Assembly: GCA_963829525.1 (NCBI GenBank)
Contig: CAWHIJ010000003.1
Span: 2,560,001-2,624,000 of the forward strand
Direction of reading: 5' to 3'
DNA: 64,000 bases
Source of the DNA: an uncultured Actinomycetota bacterium
Lineage (GTDB): Bacteria > Actinomycetota > Actinomycetes > JAHEKZ01
Of the stretch, positions 10,154-19,813 are shown piece after piece (positions within the stretch are counted from its first letter, which is position 1; the number at the start of each line of letters is the position of its first letter). A program made the position numbers and the translations under genes. The notes under the pieces were generated by a model. It was not told the origin of the DNA and searched no databases. It saw nothing but the letters and a program-made list of their open reading frames with translations.

Positions 10154-11127
10154 CTAGTTCAGCCGGATCTGCCGGTATGTCCGACCCCCGCGGCGCTCTG
10201 CTCGCTGTTCGAGATGAGGTGGGCAAGGCGGTCGTCGGCCAGGACGCGGTGGTGACCGGGTTGATGATCGCTCTGCTCTGCCGCGGCCACATACTGCTCG
10301 AGGGAGTTCCCGGGACTGCCAAGACACTTATGGTGCGGGCCTTGGCTCGGGCACTGGCCGTCGACCACAAGCGCATCCAGTTCACCCCCGACCTCATGCC
10401 AGGTGATGTCACCGGCTCGCTCATCTACGACGCGCGCACGGCGGAGTTTGCCTTTCGGCCCGGCCCGGTCTTCACCAACCTTCTGCTTGCTGACGAGATC
10501 AACCGAACCCCACCGAAAACCCAAGCGGCACTGCTCGAGGCGATGGAAGAGCGACAGGTGAGCGTCGACGGCACACCCCGACCGCTCCCCGACCCCTTTC
10601 TCGTTGCCGCCACGCAGAACCCGGTTGAGTACGAAGGCACCTACGCACTTCCGGAAGCCCAGCTCGACCGATTCCTCCTCAAGTTGACCATGCCGATCCC
10701 GTCACGCGATGCCGAGATCGACGTGGTGACCCGGCATGCGAACGGGTTCGACCCACGCAACCTCGACGCTGCTGGAATCCGGCCGGTTGCCGATGCAGTG
10801 GCTCTCGACGCCGCACGCGCCTCGGTTGCAGGCGTCAGAATCGCGCCTGAGATCGCCGGGTACGTGGTCGACTTGGCGCGTGCCACCAGGAACGTTCCGT
10901 CCGTCCAGCTCGGCGTATCCCCGCGTGCGAGCACCGCGTTGCTCGCCACCTCCCGCGCCTGGGCCTGGTTGAGCGCCCGCGACTTCGTCACTCCCGACGA
11001 CGTCAAGATCATCGCCAAGCCCACCTGGCGACACCGACTTCAGCTCCGCGCGGAGGCACAGTTGGAAGGTACCTCGGCCGACGGAGTTCTCGACGCAGTA
11101 CTGAGCTCGGTGCCGGTCCCGCGCTGA
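10150..11127 (+). CDS. moxR: MoxR-family AAA+ ATPase
   Basis: Walker A GVPGTAKT, RIQFTPDLMPGD, Walker B LLADEINR, ATQNP, LPEAQLDRF. Confidence 0.96.
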   Translation: MTSSAGSAGMSDPRGALLAVRDEVGKAVVGQDAVVTGLMIALLCRGHILLEGVPGTAKTLMVRALARALAVDHKRIQFTPDLMPGDVTGSLIYDARTAEFAFRPGPVFTNLLLADEINRTPPKTQAALLEAMEERQVSVDGTPRPLPDPFLVAATQNPVEYEGTYALPEAQLDRFLLKLTMPIPSRDAEIDVVTRHANGFDPRNLDAAGIRPVADAVALDAARASVAGVRIAPEIAGYVVDLARATRNVPSVQLGVSPRASTALLATSRAWAWLSARDFVTPDDVKIIAKPTWRHRLQLRAEAQLEGTSADGVLDAVLSSVPVPR

Positions 11128-11128
11128 C

Positions 11129-12421
11129 ATGGTCATCACGGGCCGCGCGGTTGCTGTCATCGCTTTGTGCGGTGCGCTGACTCTTCTGCGGCCCCATTGG
11201 TCGACCTTCTGGCTCTACCTAGTCGTGATGGTGACGGTGCTCGCCATCGATCTCGCCCGAGCCGCGGCCCCGAAGGACGTGGCCATAAGCCGCAGTGGTG
11301 ACACCGCAGTCCGAGTAGGAGATCCGGCCGCCCTGACGCTGCAGATTTCGAACGGCTCGCGCCGGCTGTTCACCGGTTCGGTTCGCGATGCCTGGCCGCC
11401 CTCAGCGCCGACGACTCCGCGCCGTCATCAGCTCATGATCGACAGCGGAGACCGTGGCCGCGTCACGACGGTGGCACGGCCATCGCGCAGGGGCCCATGC
11501 CACGCAGATCGCGTGACTCTTCGCTCGCTCGGTCCCTGGGGACTCGCCGGCCGCCAACACAGCATTCCCCTGACGTGGCGGATCGATGTCTTGCCCCCCT
11601 TCATCGCTCGCAAACATCTGCCGAGCAAACTCGCTCGACTCCGCGACCTCGAGGGACGAACGATCGTGCTGCAGCGCGGGCAGGGGACTGAGTTCGACTC
11701 ACTTCGTGAGTACGTGGTCGGCGACGATGTGCGCTCGATCGACTGGCGAGCGACGGCTCGCGCCTCCGACGTAATGGTGCGTACCTGGCGTCCAGAAAGA
11801 GATCGCCACGTCTTGATCGTCGTCGACTGCGCGCGAACGTCGGCCGGACGAGTCGGTGACGCTCCCCGACTTGATGCCAGTATCGAGGCGACGCTCCTGC
11901 TGACGGCTCTGGCCGGACGGGCCGGCGATCGGGTTGACGTGTTGGCTTGGGACCGCCGAGTTCGAGGCGCGGTGCAAGGTCGCTCGGGCGCCGATCTGAT
12001 GGCCGCCACCACCTCGATGCTGGCCGGTGTCAACTCAAGCCTCGTAGAGACTGACTGGTCAGCCCTCGCGGCCGAGATAGCACGCAGGGCCAGACACCGA
12101 TCGCTAGTCGTACTCCTGACTGCCCTCGAGCCCGCCCCGCTGCGGCAGGGCGTCCTCCCGGTCCTACCGCAGCTGACCAGACGACATCGCGTGGTGCTCG
12201 CTGCAGTCAGCGATCCGTCGGTTGCACAGATGCTCACCGACCGAAGCAACCTGGCCGCAACGTACCGTGCCGCAGCTGCAGCCGGCTTCGGGCACGAGCG
12301 CAGAGCCGTCGCCGACCAGCTCACCCAATCAGGTGTCGAGGTCGTCGACGCGCCTCCCGACGACCTCGCCCCAGCGCTCGCGGACCGATATCTCGCACTC
12401 AAAGCTGCTGGCCGGCTCTGA
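11129..12421 (+). CDS. DUF58 (VWA-like) domain protein
   Basis: GQGTEFDSLREYVVGDDVRSIDWRATAR signature; ends YLALKAAGRL. Confidence 0.93.
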   Translation: MVITGRAVAVIALCGALTLLRPHWSTFWLYLVVMVTVLAIDLARAAAPKDVAISRSGDTAVRVGDPAALTLQISNGSRRLFTGSVRDAWPPSAPTTPRRHQLMIDSGDRGRVTTVARPSRRGPCHADRVTLRSLGPWGLAGRQHSIPLTWRIDVLPPFIARKHLPSKLARLRDLEGRTIVLQRGQGTEFDSLREYVVGDDVRSIDWRATARASDVMVRTWRPERDRHVLIVVDCARTSAGRVGDAPRLDASIEATLLLTALAGRAGDRVDVLAWDRRVRGAVQGRSGADLMAATTSMLAGVNSSLVETDWSALAAEIARRARHRSLVVLLTALEPAPLRQGVLPVLPQLTRRHRVVLAAVSDPSVAQMLTDRSNLAATYRAAAAAGFGHERRAVADQLTQSGVEVVDAPPDDLAPALADRYLALKAAGRL

Positions 12422-12449
12422 GACGGTCGGCCAGGTCCACATGCGGGCC

Positions 12450-13448
12450 TCAGGCGGCGACCGGGCGGATTGAGCCAAGGTCGTCGTCGTCAAGATCGGT
12501 GCCGAGCCCGGCCAACTCGGCGCGCCTTCCGAACACCGCCACGTAGGTCAAGAAGCCCGTGAGCGCGAGCAGGCCGATCGAGATGCGCGCCCAGGTAGGC
12601 AGGCCCGACGGGGTGACGAACGCCTCGATCACCCCGGACACGAGCAGCACGACGGTAAGTCCAACCACCGCCCCGAGTGTCGAACGACCCTCCGAGGCAA
12701 AAGCGTCAACCCTGGTTCGCGGCCCGGGGGCAATCAGCGTCCAACCCAGGCGAAGGCCAAGGGCTGACGCGACAAACACTGCCGTCAGCTCGAGAAGCCC
12801 GTGCGGCAAGATCAAACCGAAGAACAGGTCAAGACGTCCTCCGGCGGCCATGAACCCTCCGGTGACCCCGACATTGGAAGCGTTTTGCCACAGCACCCAC
12901 AACACCGGCAGCCCGAGCAGACCTCCGAAGGCGAGGGAAAGTGCCGCCACCCACGCGTTGTTCGTCCATACCCGCGCGCCAAACGAGGCCGCTGGATCTG
13001 AGGAGTAGTAGTTCTCGAAGTCCTCGTTGACCAGTTGCTCAACCTGCGCTGGCGGGGCAAGCGCACCCTGGACGTCTGGATTTGCGGCAACCCATGCGCC
13101 CAATCCGAACGACACCAGCAAGAACCCGACGCTGACGCCGACGACCCACCACCGGGCCCGGTACACGAGCAGCGGAAAGGTCACCAGGAAGTAGCGGCTG
13201 ATGTCATCGGTCGTGAATCGGCGCGTGCCCGTGGTTGTGCCCCGCGCACGAGCGACCAGGGTGGACAGCTCGGCAACCAGCGCCGGGTCAGGGGCCTCCG
13301 ACCGAACGATCGATAGGTCGGTGGACGCGCGACCGTAGAGTTCGACGAACTCATCGGCTTCAGCACCCGTCAGGTGCGATAGCCGGGTGAGCTGACGCAG
13401 TCGTTCCCAGTCCGGGCGATGCGTGGCGACGAATCGGTCAAGGTCCAT
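12450..13448 (-). CDS. Stage II sporulation protein M (SpoIIM/DUF95)-family membrane protein
   Basis: MDLDRFV..H...W.RL, VWTNNAWVA, LILPHGLLELTA, SGVIEAFVTP. Confidence 0.9.
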   Translation of the reverse strand: MDLDRFVATHRPDWERLRQLTRLSHLTGAEADEFVELYGRASTDLSIVRSEAPDPALVAELSTLVARARGTTTGTRRFTTDDISRYFLVTFPLLVYRARWWVVGVSVGFLLVSFGLGAWVAANPDVQGALAPPAQVEQLVNEDFENYYSSDPAASFGARVWTNNAWVAALSLAFGGLLGLPVLWVLWQNASNVGVTGGFMAAGGRLDLFFGLILPHGLLELTAVFVASALGLRLGWTLIAPGPRTRVDAFASEGRSTLGAVVGLTVVLLVSGVIEAFVTPSGLPTWARISIGLLALTGFLTYVAVFGRRAELAGLGTDLDDDDLGSIRPVAA

Positions 13449-13512
13449 TGTTCCGGCACAATAACTGCACAGCACCGGCTGCTGCCGACGTTTCGGTGGC
13501 CGAGAGGGGATC

Positions 13513-14394
13513 ATGTCTCAGCAGGGCGGCCGCCCAGAGGGCGGGGATGGTTCTGGGCTGATTACCGGCGACGCCGTTGTCGTCGACCTGCGCCTGGCCA
13601 AGCTGCCCAGCCGCAGTCTCGCCTTTTTGATCGACTTCACCCTTCAAATCGTCGCTCTCATCGCCATCGCCTTCTCGTTCGGGGTCGTTGCCGCAGTTAC
13701 CGATGACGTGTTGGCGTTCGTCTACTTCTTCGTTGCCGGCATAGCTGTCATCGTCGGCTATCCAGCGGCCATGGAGACGCTTACCAGGGGACGCACCGTT
13801 GGCAAGCTCGCGCTCGGACTCCGAGCGGTCCGTAACGATGGTGGGGCGATCCGCTTTCGGCACGCCTTGGTCCGGGCCCTGATCGCCGTTATTGAGATCT
13901 ATCTGTGCGGGGGTGCGATCGCCGTCGTCACCAGCCTCATCTCCCCGGAAGGCAAACGAGTGGGCGACTACGCCGCCGGCACCGTTGTCGTCCGCGAACG
14001 CGCGCCAAGGACGGCGCAGAGTGACCCATTGACCCCGATTCCCTCCAGCCTGAGAGAGTGGTCGGCCACCCTTGACCTGAGCCACTTACAAGCGGCAACG
14101 GCCCTCGCCGCCCGACAGTTCTTATCTCGCTCGGACTCGCTCAATGTCGAGGCCAGAGCCTCCATCGGAAGGTCGCTCGCCAATGAAATGGCGAGCCAGG
14201 TGTCGCCGCCACCACCTGCCGGAGTGAGTGCCGAGCTGTTCCTCGGCGTGGTGCTCGCCGAGCGCGCTCGGCGAGCACAGGGGGACGAACCCGCCCCAAC
14301 GGGTGTGCCGATGGCGCCACAGCCGCCAGCTGGGGCACCGCCCCGCGAACTTCACGAACCGGAGGCAAACCGGGACTTCATCGCGCCTTCGTGA
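13513..14394 (+). CDS. RDD-family membrane protein
   Basis: SR.LAFLID, GRTVGKLALGLR, RHALVR, KRVGDYAAGTVVV. Confidence 0.9.
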   Translation: MSQQGGRPEGGDGSGLITGDAVVVDLRLAKLPSRSLAFLIDFTLQIVALIAIAFSFGVVAAVTDDVLAFVYFFVAGIAVIVGYPAAMETLTRGRTVGKLALGLRAVRNDGGAIRFRHALVRALIAVIEIYLCGGAIAVVTSLISPEGKRVGDYAAGTVVVRERAPRTAQSDPLTPIPSSLREWSATLDLSHLQAATALAARQFLSRSDSLNVEARASIGRSLANEMASQVSPPPPAGVSAELFLGVVLAERARRAQGDEPAPTGVPMAPQPPAGAPPRELHEPEANRDFIAPS

Positions 14395-14417
14395 ACTCCG
14401 ACCGTGAACGCCGACCG

Positions 14418-15308
14418 CTACGCCGCTGCGATGCCGATCACGCCGATGGTGTTCACCACGCAGTGTGCGAGCATCGCCCCGCTCAACCCCCCGTACTGAC
14501 GGACAATGCCCAGCACGATGCCCGCTGCCAGTAGCGGGGCAACTCGCAGCGGCTCCACATGCAGCAGGGCGAAGGGGACACCAGCGATCACGGTGGCCAC
14601 CCACGGCGACCACCCGTGCTTGACGACGGCACCCCAGACGAGCCCGCGGAACGCCAGCTCCTCGACGAACGGTGCACCGACCGCGATCAGGACCAGGAAC
14701 AGCACGAAGGCAACCGTGCTGCCGGTCATCGACTCGGCGACATCCGCTCCCGCGGAGGTGACCTCTTGGTTCAAGAGCTCAGCGGTCACCGATGTCAACA
14801 CGGTCATGGCCACCAGCGTCGCGATGCCACCGGCAAGACCGATGCCGAGCGCACGCCAGGAGACGACGAATCCGTACGCGTGGCGCCATCCCGACGACTT
14901 GCGCCATGCCGCGACCAGCGGCCAGGCCGCCATCCCGGCGAAGAAAAGCGCCTGAGCGGCTGTGAGCACCCAGCTCCCGGACGCCGACGAGCCGTTGACC
15001 TCGCCATCAGCGGTGAAGGCGTCGGGAGCAGCAAAGAGCAGGGGGACGAAGAGCACCGCACTGACCACGATGGTCCCCAGCACAACCAGCACGAACCAGC
15101 CGACGTCGCCAAACCCCCACGAGCCAGACGGCTGACCGTAGACCTGCCGAGCTGGCCTGCTCTCGCCAGGCTCGACGGCAGCGGTCGACCACTGAGGGTC
15201 CAGCGGCGCGCTGGCGTCGGTCCACGCCGAACCGGTCCAGTACCGCTGAAGGGTCGGCGAGGACGGATCGGGATACCAGCCTGGGGCCGAGGAAGGCGCG
15301 TCAGTCAC
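14418..15308 (-). CDS. CPBP-family intramembrane glutamic endopeptidase with N-terminal DUF2510
   Basis: N-terminal PGWYPDP...RYWTG.AWT; APFVEELAFRG, FALLH, AHCVVN motifs. Confidence 0.88.
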   Translation of the reverse strand: MTDAPSSAPGWYPDPSSPTLQRYWTGSAWTDASAPLDPQWSTAAVEPGESRPARQVYGQPSGSWGFGDVGWFVLVVLGTIVVSAVLFVPLLFAAPDAFTADGEVNGSSASGSWVLTAAQALFFAGMAAWPLVAAWRKSSGWRHAYGFVVSWRALGIGLAGGIATLVAMTVLTSVTAELLNQEVTSAGADVAESMTGSTVAFVLFLVLIAVGAPFVEELAFRGLVWGAVVKHGWSPWVATVIAGVPFALLHVEPLRVAPLLAAGIVLGIVRQYGGLSGAMLAHCVVNTIGVIGIAAA

Positions 15309-15970
15309 AGTGGTCCTTCGACAGTGACGACGCGGACATTGAATGCTGCTGATCCGAGCGCGTCCATCAGCACCAGCCAGAGCATCAGATAGCCCTCGGT
15401 GACGCGCGCGGCGGCGATGCCTCCGAGGTCGCGGACTCGTTCAGGGCCCCAGCCCAGCTCCCCCAGCAGCGCGACCACGTCACGCTTGGCCGCCGAGTCA
15501 TCCCCGGCGATGAAGAGATCGGTCTGCTCGGCAAGGGAACCGGGATCGACCATCACCGATGCCGTCACCGTGTTCAGCGCCTTGACCACCCGGACGTTGG
15601 GGAATGCACGCTGGATCTGCTCACCCAGGCTGTCATCGCCAGATACCGACAGGCGAGGGGGGAAGCCGCCGGAGAAGTCGAGCGGGTTCGCCACGTCAAC
15701 CAGCACCTTGCCGGCAAGGCTGCCCTGGCCCGCCGCCTCCAGGACCACCAGTGACTGGGTACCCGCCGTGCAGTTGAGCACGACTTCTCCGAATGCCGCG
15801 GCCTCGGCGAAGGTCCCGGTCCTCGCGGCGTCGCCATTGGCCTGGGACCAGGCAAGTGATCGGTCGTTGGGCGTCGACCGCGACCCCATGCACACCTCAT
15901 GACCGAGGCTGACGAACGCCGACCCGAGGGTCTGTCCGACGACACCGGTCCCGAGCACGCCGAGCTTCAT
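15305..15970 (-). CDS. NADPH-dependent F420 reductase-like / F420_oxidored-family oxidoreductase
   Basis: Rossmann GTGVVG, GSR, LVDVANPL, VVKALNT, AGDD..AK, DLGGI..AR..E. Confidence 0.85.
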   Translation of the reverse strand: MKLGVLGTGVVGQTLGSAFVSLGHEVCMGSRSTPNDRSLAWSQANGDAARTGTFAEAAAFGEVVLNCTAGTQSLVVLEAAGQGSLAGKVLVDVANPLDFSGGFPPRLSVSGDDSLGEQIQRAFPNVRVVKALNTVTASVMVDPGSLAEQTDLFIAGDDSAAKRDVVALLGELGWGPERVRDLGGIAAARVTEGYLMLWLVLMDALGSAAFNVRVVTVEGPL

Positions 15971-15987
15971 GCGGTTGCGGGCCTGGC

Positions 15988-17469
15988 TCAGTAGCGGTAG
16001 TGATCGGGCTTGTACGGGCCGCTCTTCGGAATCCCGAGGTACTCCGCCTGATCATCGGTCAGCTCGGTCAGCTCGATCCCCAGGGCGTCAAGGTGCAGCC
16101 GGGCAACCTTCTCGTCGAGGTGCTTGGCCAGCGTGTAGACGCCGACCGGGTAGTCAGCGGTCTTCGTGAAGAGCTCGATCTGCGCGATGGTCTGGTTGGC
16201 GAATGAGTTCGACATGACAAAGCTCGGGTGGCCGGTCGCGTTCCCGAGATTCAGCAGCCGGCCCTCGCTCAAGATGAGGACCGCGTGTCCGTCCGGGAAG
16301 TGCCAGAGGTCGACCTGCGGCTTGATGTTCTCTCGTCGCACTCCGCCGAACGTGGCCAGCCCAGCCATGTCGATCTCGTTGTCAAAGTGCCCGATGTTGC
16401 CGACGATCGCCTGGTGCTTCATCAGCTGCATGTCCGCGACGGTTATGACGTCTTTGTTGCCAGTCGCGGTGATGAAGATGTCAGCGGTGGCCACGACATC
16501 CTCGAGGCGAACGACCTGGTAACCATCCATGGCGGCCTGCAACGCGCAGATCGGGTCGATCTCGGTAACCATGACGCGCGCGCCTTGCCCCCGCAGTGAC
16601 TCCGCCGACCCTTTGCCAACATCGCCGTATCCGAACACCACCGCCGTCTTGCCCCCGATGAGGGTGTCGGTGGCCCGGTTGATGCCGTCGATGAGTGAGT
16701 GCCGGCATCCGTACTTGTTGTCGAACTTGCTCTTGGTCACCGAGTCGTTGACGTTGATGGCCGGGAAGAGCAGCTCGCCGCCTTCGAGCATCTGGTAGAG
16801 CCGGTGGACACCAGTCGTGGTCTCCTCGGTGACGCCGCGGATGTCACCGGCAACCTCAGTCCACTTGCTCGGGTTCTCCTCGAGCGTGCGGTTGAGCAGT
16901 CGGAGTACGACCTCGAACTCCTCACTGTCAGCAGTGGAGGGGTCGGGGGCCGCGCCAGCTTTCTCGAACTCAACGCCTTTGTGCACGAGCATGGTGGCGT
17001 CGCCACCATCGTCGAGGATCATGTTTGGGCCCTCACCTGCTGCTTGACCCGGCCATGTCAGCGCCTGTTCGGTGCACCACCAGTACTCCTCGAGGGTCTC
17101 GCCCTTCCAGGCAAAGACCGGCACGCCGGACGGTGCATCGACCGTGCCCGTCGGTCCGACCACGGTTGCCGCTGCCGCGTGGTCCTGCGTGGAGAAGATG
17201 TTGCAGCTTGCCCATCGCACGTCGGCGCCGAGCGCCGTCAGCGTCTCGATGAGCACAGCGGTCTGCACCGTCATGTGAAGGGATCCGGTGATCCGCGCAC
17301 CTGCCAGCGGCTGAGCGTCGGCGAACTCACGGCGAATCGCCATGAGACCGGGCATCTCGTGTTCGGCCAGCCGGATCTCCTTGCGGCCGAACTCGGCAAG
17401 CGAGAGGTCGGCAACCTTGAAGTCGAGCCGGCGGGTGGGGGTCGGGGCGGGGAGCGTGGGAGCAGTCAC
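15988..17469 (-). CDS. ahcY: Adenosylhomocysteinase
   Basis: [55 protein letters not shown]. Start GTG 17469 lies 7 nt after TACCCT. Confidence 0.97.
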   Translation of the reverse strand: MTAPTLPAPTPTRRLDFKVADLSLAEFGRKEIRLAEHEMPGLMAIRREFADAQPLAGARITGSLHMTVQTAVLIETLTALGADVRWASCNIFSTQDHAAAATVVGPTGTVDAPSGVPVFAWKGETLEEYWWCTEQALTWPGQAAGEGPNMILDDGGDATMLVHKGVEFEKAGAAPDPSTADSEEFEVVLRLLNRTLEENPSKWTEVAGDIRGVTEETTTGVHRLYQMLEGGELLFPAINVNDSVTKSKFDNKYGCRHSLIDGINRATDTLIGGKTAVVFGYGDVGKGSAESLRGQGARVMVTEIDPICALQAAMDGYQVVRLEDVVATADIFITATGNKDVITVADMQLMKHQAIVGNIGHFDNEIDMAGLATFGGVRRENIKPQVDLWHFPDGHAVLILSEGRLLNLGNATGHPSFVMSNSFANQTIAQIELFTKTADYPVGVYTLAKHLDEKVARLHLDALGIELTELTDDQAEYLGIPKSGPYKPDHYRY

Positions 17470-17512
17470 GCGGACCAGGGTACCGGGAGGACGGCTCGGC
17501 CGCCCTGTGACG

Positions 17513-18505
17513 TCATGCCCCTCCGGCAGGCTCCGAGCCCGGCAGCTGTGGGGCCACCGGCTCTGAGTCGGGCTCAGGAGCGGCCGGCTCTGTGCGAGCG
17601 ACGAAGACATCCGGCTCGAGATAGATGACGGTGCGTACTTGGACGGCCGCGCGAATCCGCGCTTCTGCCTCGTTGATTGCCGCGGCAACTTCTGCGACAG
17701 ATACGTCCGGCTGGAGGGAGATCTTGGCCGCGACCAGCATCTCGTCAGGACCGAGGAAGAGCGTCTTGAGGTGGATGACCCGCTCGATGGCGTCGACACC
17801 GAGTACTGCGGCGCCCACGGCAGCCACGTCAGCTGGTGAACCCCCTTCGCCGAGGAGCAGACTCTTGGTCTCGACTCCAAGGACCACTGCGATGACGATC
17901 AATAAGGCGCCAATCGCGATCGTCCCGAGCCCGTCCCAGATCGACGCGCCGGTGATCCCGGCGAGGCCCACGCCGATCAGGGCCAGAACCAGTCCGACGA
18001 GGGCTCCAACATCCTCGAGGAGGACTACGGGCAGCTCTGGCGCCTTGGCCCGGCGGATGTACTGCACCCAGGACTGACCGCGACGCACTTTGTTCGACTC
18101 GACCACGGCGGTGCGCAGTGAGAAGGACTCCAGGCCGATCGCCACCAGGAGAACGATGATCGGAACCATCAGGTTGGTCAGCTCTTCGGGGTGCCGGATC
18201 TTGTGTACACCCTCGTACAACGAAAAGAGTCCACCGACGCTGAAGAGCACGATCGACACGACGAACGCGTAGAGGTAACGCTCCCGCCCGTAGCCAAACG
18301 GGTGCTCCGGGGTTGCCGACCGCCGTGACCGCCGACCACCCACGAGCAGCAACAACTGATTCCCGGAGTCGGCCAGCGAGTGCACTGACTCGGCCAGCAT
18401 CGACGATGAACCGGACACGAGGAAGGCAAGGAACTTGGTGATGGCGATGCCGAGGTTTGCCAGTAAAGCCGCCAAGATCGCCTTGGTGCCGCTCTCGCTG
18501 CTCAC
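17513..18505 (-). CDS. Cation diffusion facilitator transporter
   Basis: [28 protein letters not shown] motifs. Confidence 0.93.
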   Translation of the reverse strand: MSSESGTKAILAALLANLGIAITKFLAFLVSGSSSMLAESVHSLADSGNQLLLLVGGRRSRRSATPEHPFGYGRERYLYAFVVSIVLFSVGGLFSLYEGVHKIRHPEELTNLMVPIIVLLVAIGLESFSLRTAVVESNKVRRGQSWVQYIRRAKAPELPVVLLEDVGALVGLVLALIGVGLAGITGASIWDGLGTIAIGALLIVIAVVLGVETKSLLLGEGGSPADVAAVGAAVLGVDAIERVIHLKTLFLGPDEMLVAAKISLQPDVSVAEVAAAINEAEARIRAAVQVRTVIYLEPDVFVARTEPAAPEPDSEPVAPQLPGSEPAGGA

Positions 18506-19638
18506 AACCGGTTCTGCCGCGCCTGCACGCGCGCCTTCAAGGTCTCGATCGGGGCAATAGGCGTCGGGTCCACGCCACCGAGCAGCCCGAGGTAGACGCT
18601 GGCGAAGTCGCCGATGGCGCAGAGACTGGCCATTCGCTCCAACGGGTGCTCACCAACGGCGGTCAACCGGCTGACGCGGACGCCGGACTCTTGAGCCAGT
18701 GCCTCGGCCTCATCAGCAGCGATGGCCACCTGCGGCTGCTCGACCGTGTCACGAAGCAGGACGAGCCTGATCGGAAGGCCAGCTGACCTCGGGGCGCTGA
18801 ACGTCACCACCTGATTGTGCAACGCCTCCGGAAGCACGCCGTTGACTGAGGGGTACTTGGCATTCTCGGCAAGCTGGCACAGCAGCCGGTACGCCGCGAT
18901 TCCCGCCAGGTCGCTGCTGCCCCAGATCATTGGCAACGTCCCAACAAGCTCAGCGGCCAGCTGCTTGGCGGGGTTCTGCTCGAGCGTGACCGTCGGCGCA
19001 CACCGAAGGGCCAAACCATCGAGCAGGTCAGCGACGGCTTCGAGGCGTGCTGGTTCGGCGTCGACGACGCCAAGGGCATCAGCGGCAACGAGCAGCGGGA
19101 CCGACAGCGCCCAGAGGTTGGCTCGAGGTGGCCGACCAGGAGGAACGAGAACCCACGGAATCCCGGCTTCGATGGCGAGGTCGACGAGCGGTGAGCCCTC
19201 GGCCGCGACAACGACGGTACGCGCCCCGCGTTCGAGCGCCGTCCGCGTGCAGGCCAGGGTCTCCGCCGTTCGCCCAGAGCTCGAGACCGCGATGACCAGG
19301 TCGCCGACCCCCACCCAAGCCGGCAAGGTCCACCCACGGACCCGCTCGACGGGCACGGGACACTCTGGGCCAGCTGCTGCCTGAAGCACATGGCCGGCGA
19401 TCCCCGATCCGCCCATTCCCGTGACGACAACCGCGCGTGGTCGACCACCGAGCTTGACTCCAGACAGGCCAGAGAGCCGACAGGCCACAAGCGCCTGGCG
19501 TACCTGGTCGCCAGCTGAGGCGACAGCGTCGAGCATGCCGCCCGGGTCAGCTGCACGCACCGACTTGAGATCGTCGAGGTCGATGTGGCCCACGCCACCG
19601 GCACGAAGGTCGGCGTCAGCTGCCACGCTCGGCCTCAT
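18502..19638 (-). CDS. SIS-domain bifunctional phosphoglucose/phosphomannose isomerase-like protein
   Basis: GMGGSG, VSSSGRTAET, QLAENAK, PEALHN, GDFASVYL...VDPTP. Exact start uncertain. Confidence 0.88.
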   Translation of the reverse strand: MRPSVAADADLRAGGVGHIDLDDLKSVRAADPGGMLDAVASAGDQVRQALVACRLSGLSGVKLGGRPRAVVVTGMGGSGIAGHVLQAAAGPECPVPVERVRGWTLPAWVGVGDLVIAVSSSGRTAETLACTRTALERGARTVVVAAEGSPLVDLAIEAGIPWVLVPPGRPPRANLWALSVPLLVAADALGVVDAEPARLEAVADLLDGLALRCAPTVTLEQNPAKQLAAELVGTLPMIWGSSDLAGIAAYRLLCQLAENAKYPSVNGVLPEALHNQVVTFSAPRSAGLPIRLVLLRDTVEQPQVAIAADEAEALAQESGVRVSRLTAVGEHPLERMASLCAIGDFASVYLGLLGGVDPTPIAPIETLKARVQARQNRL

Positions 19639-19813
19639 TCACCAAAAGAATGGGAATACCGTCTCGAACCGGGTACTGCAGGCCGCAGGTCTCGGTGGTA
19701 CAGACCAGCGCCGCGGCGCGCTCACCATCGGGCACCGGCCGTAGTGCGCCGTGGCACTGCGGACACACGATGATCGCCAAAAGCTCAGGGTCCAGGCCCG
19801 GGGATTGAGTCAT
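19616..19813 (-). CDS. Trm112-family small protein
   Basis: LLAIIVCPQCHG.L...LVC...YPVRDGIPILL. Confidence 0.9.
   Translation of the reverse strand: MTQSPGLDPELLAIIVCPQCHGALRPVPDGERAAALVCTTETCGLQYPVRDGIPILLVNEAERGS

Noticed and set aside
17470-17880. Extended AhcY N-terminus or SAH riboswitch
   Set aside because: The extension overlaps the CDF gene, and the 43-bp gap holds only a -10 element with no room for a riboswitch.
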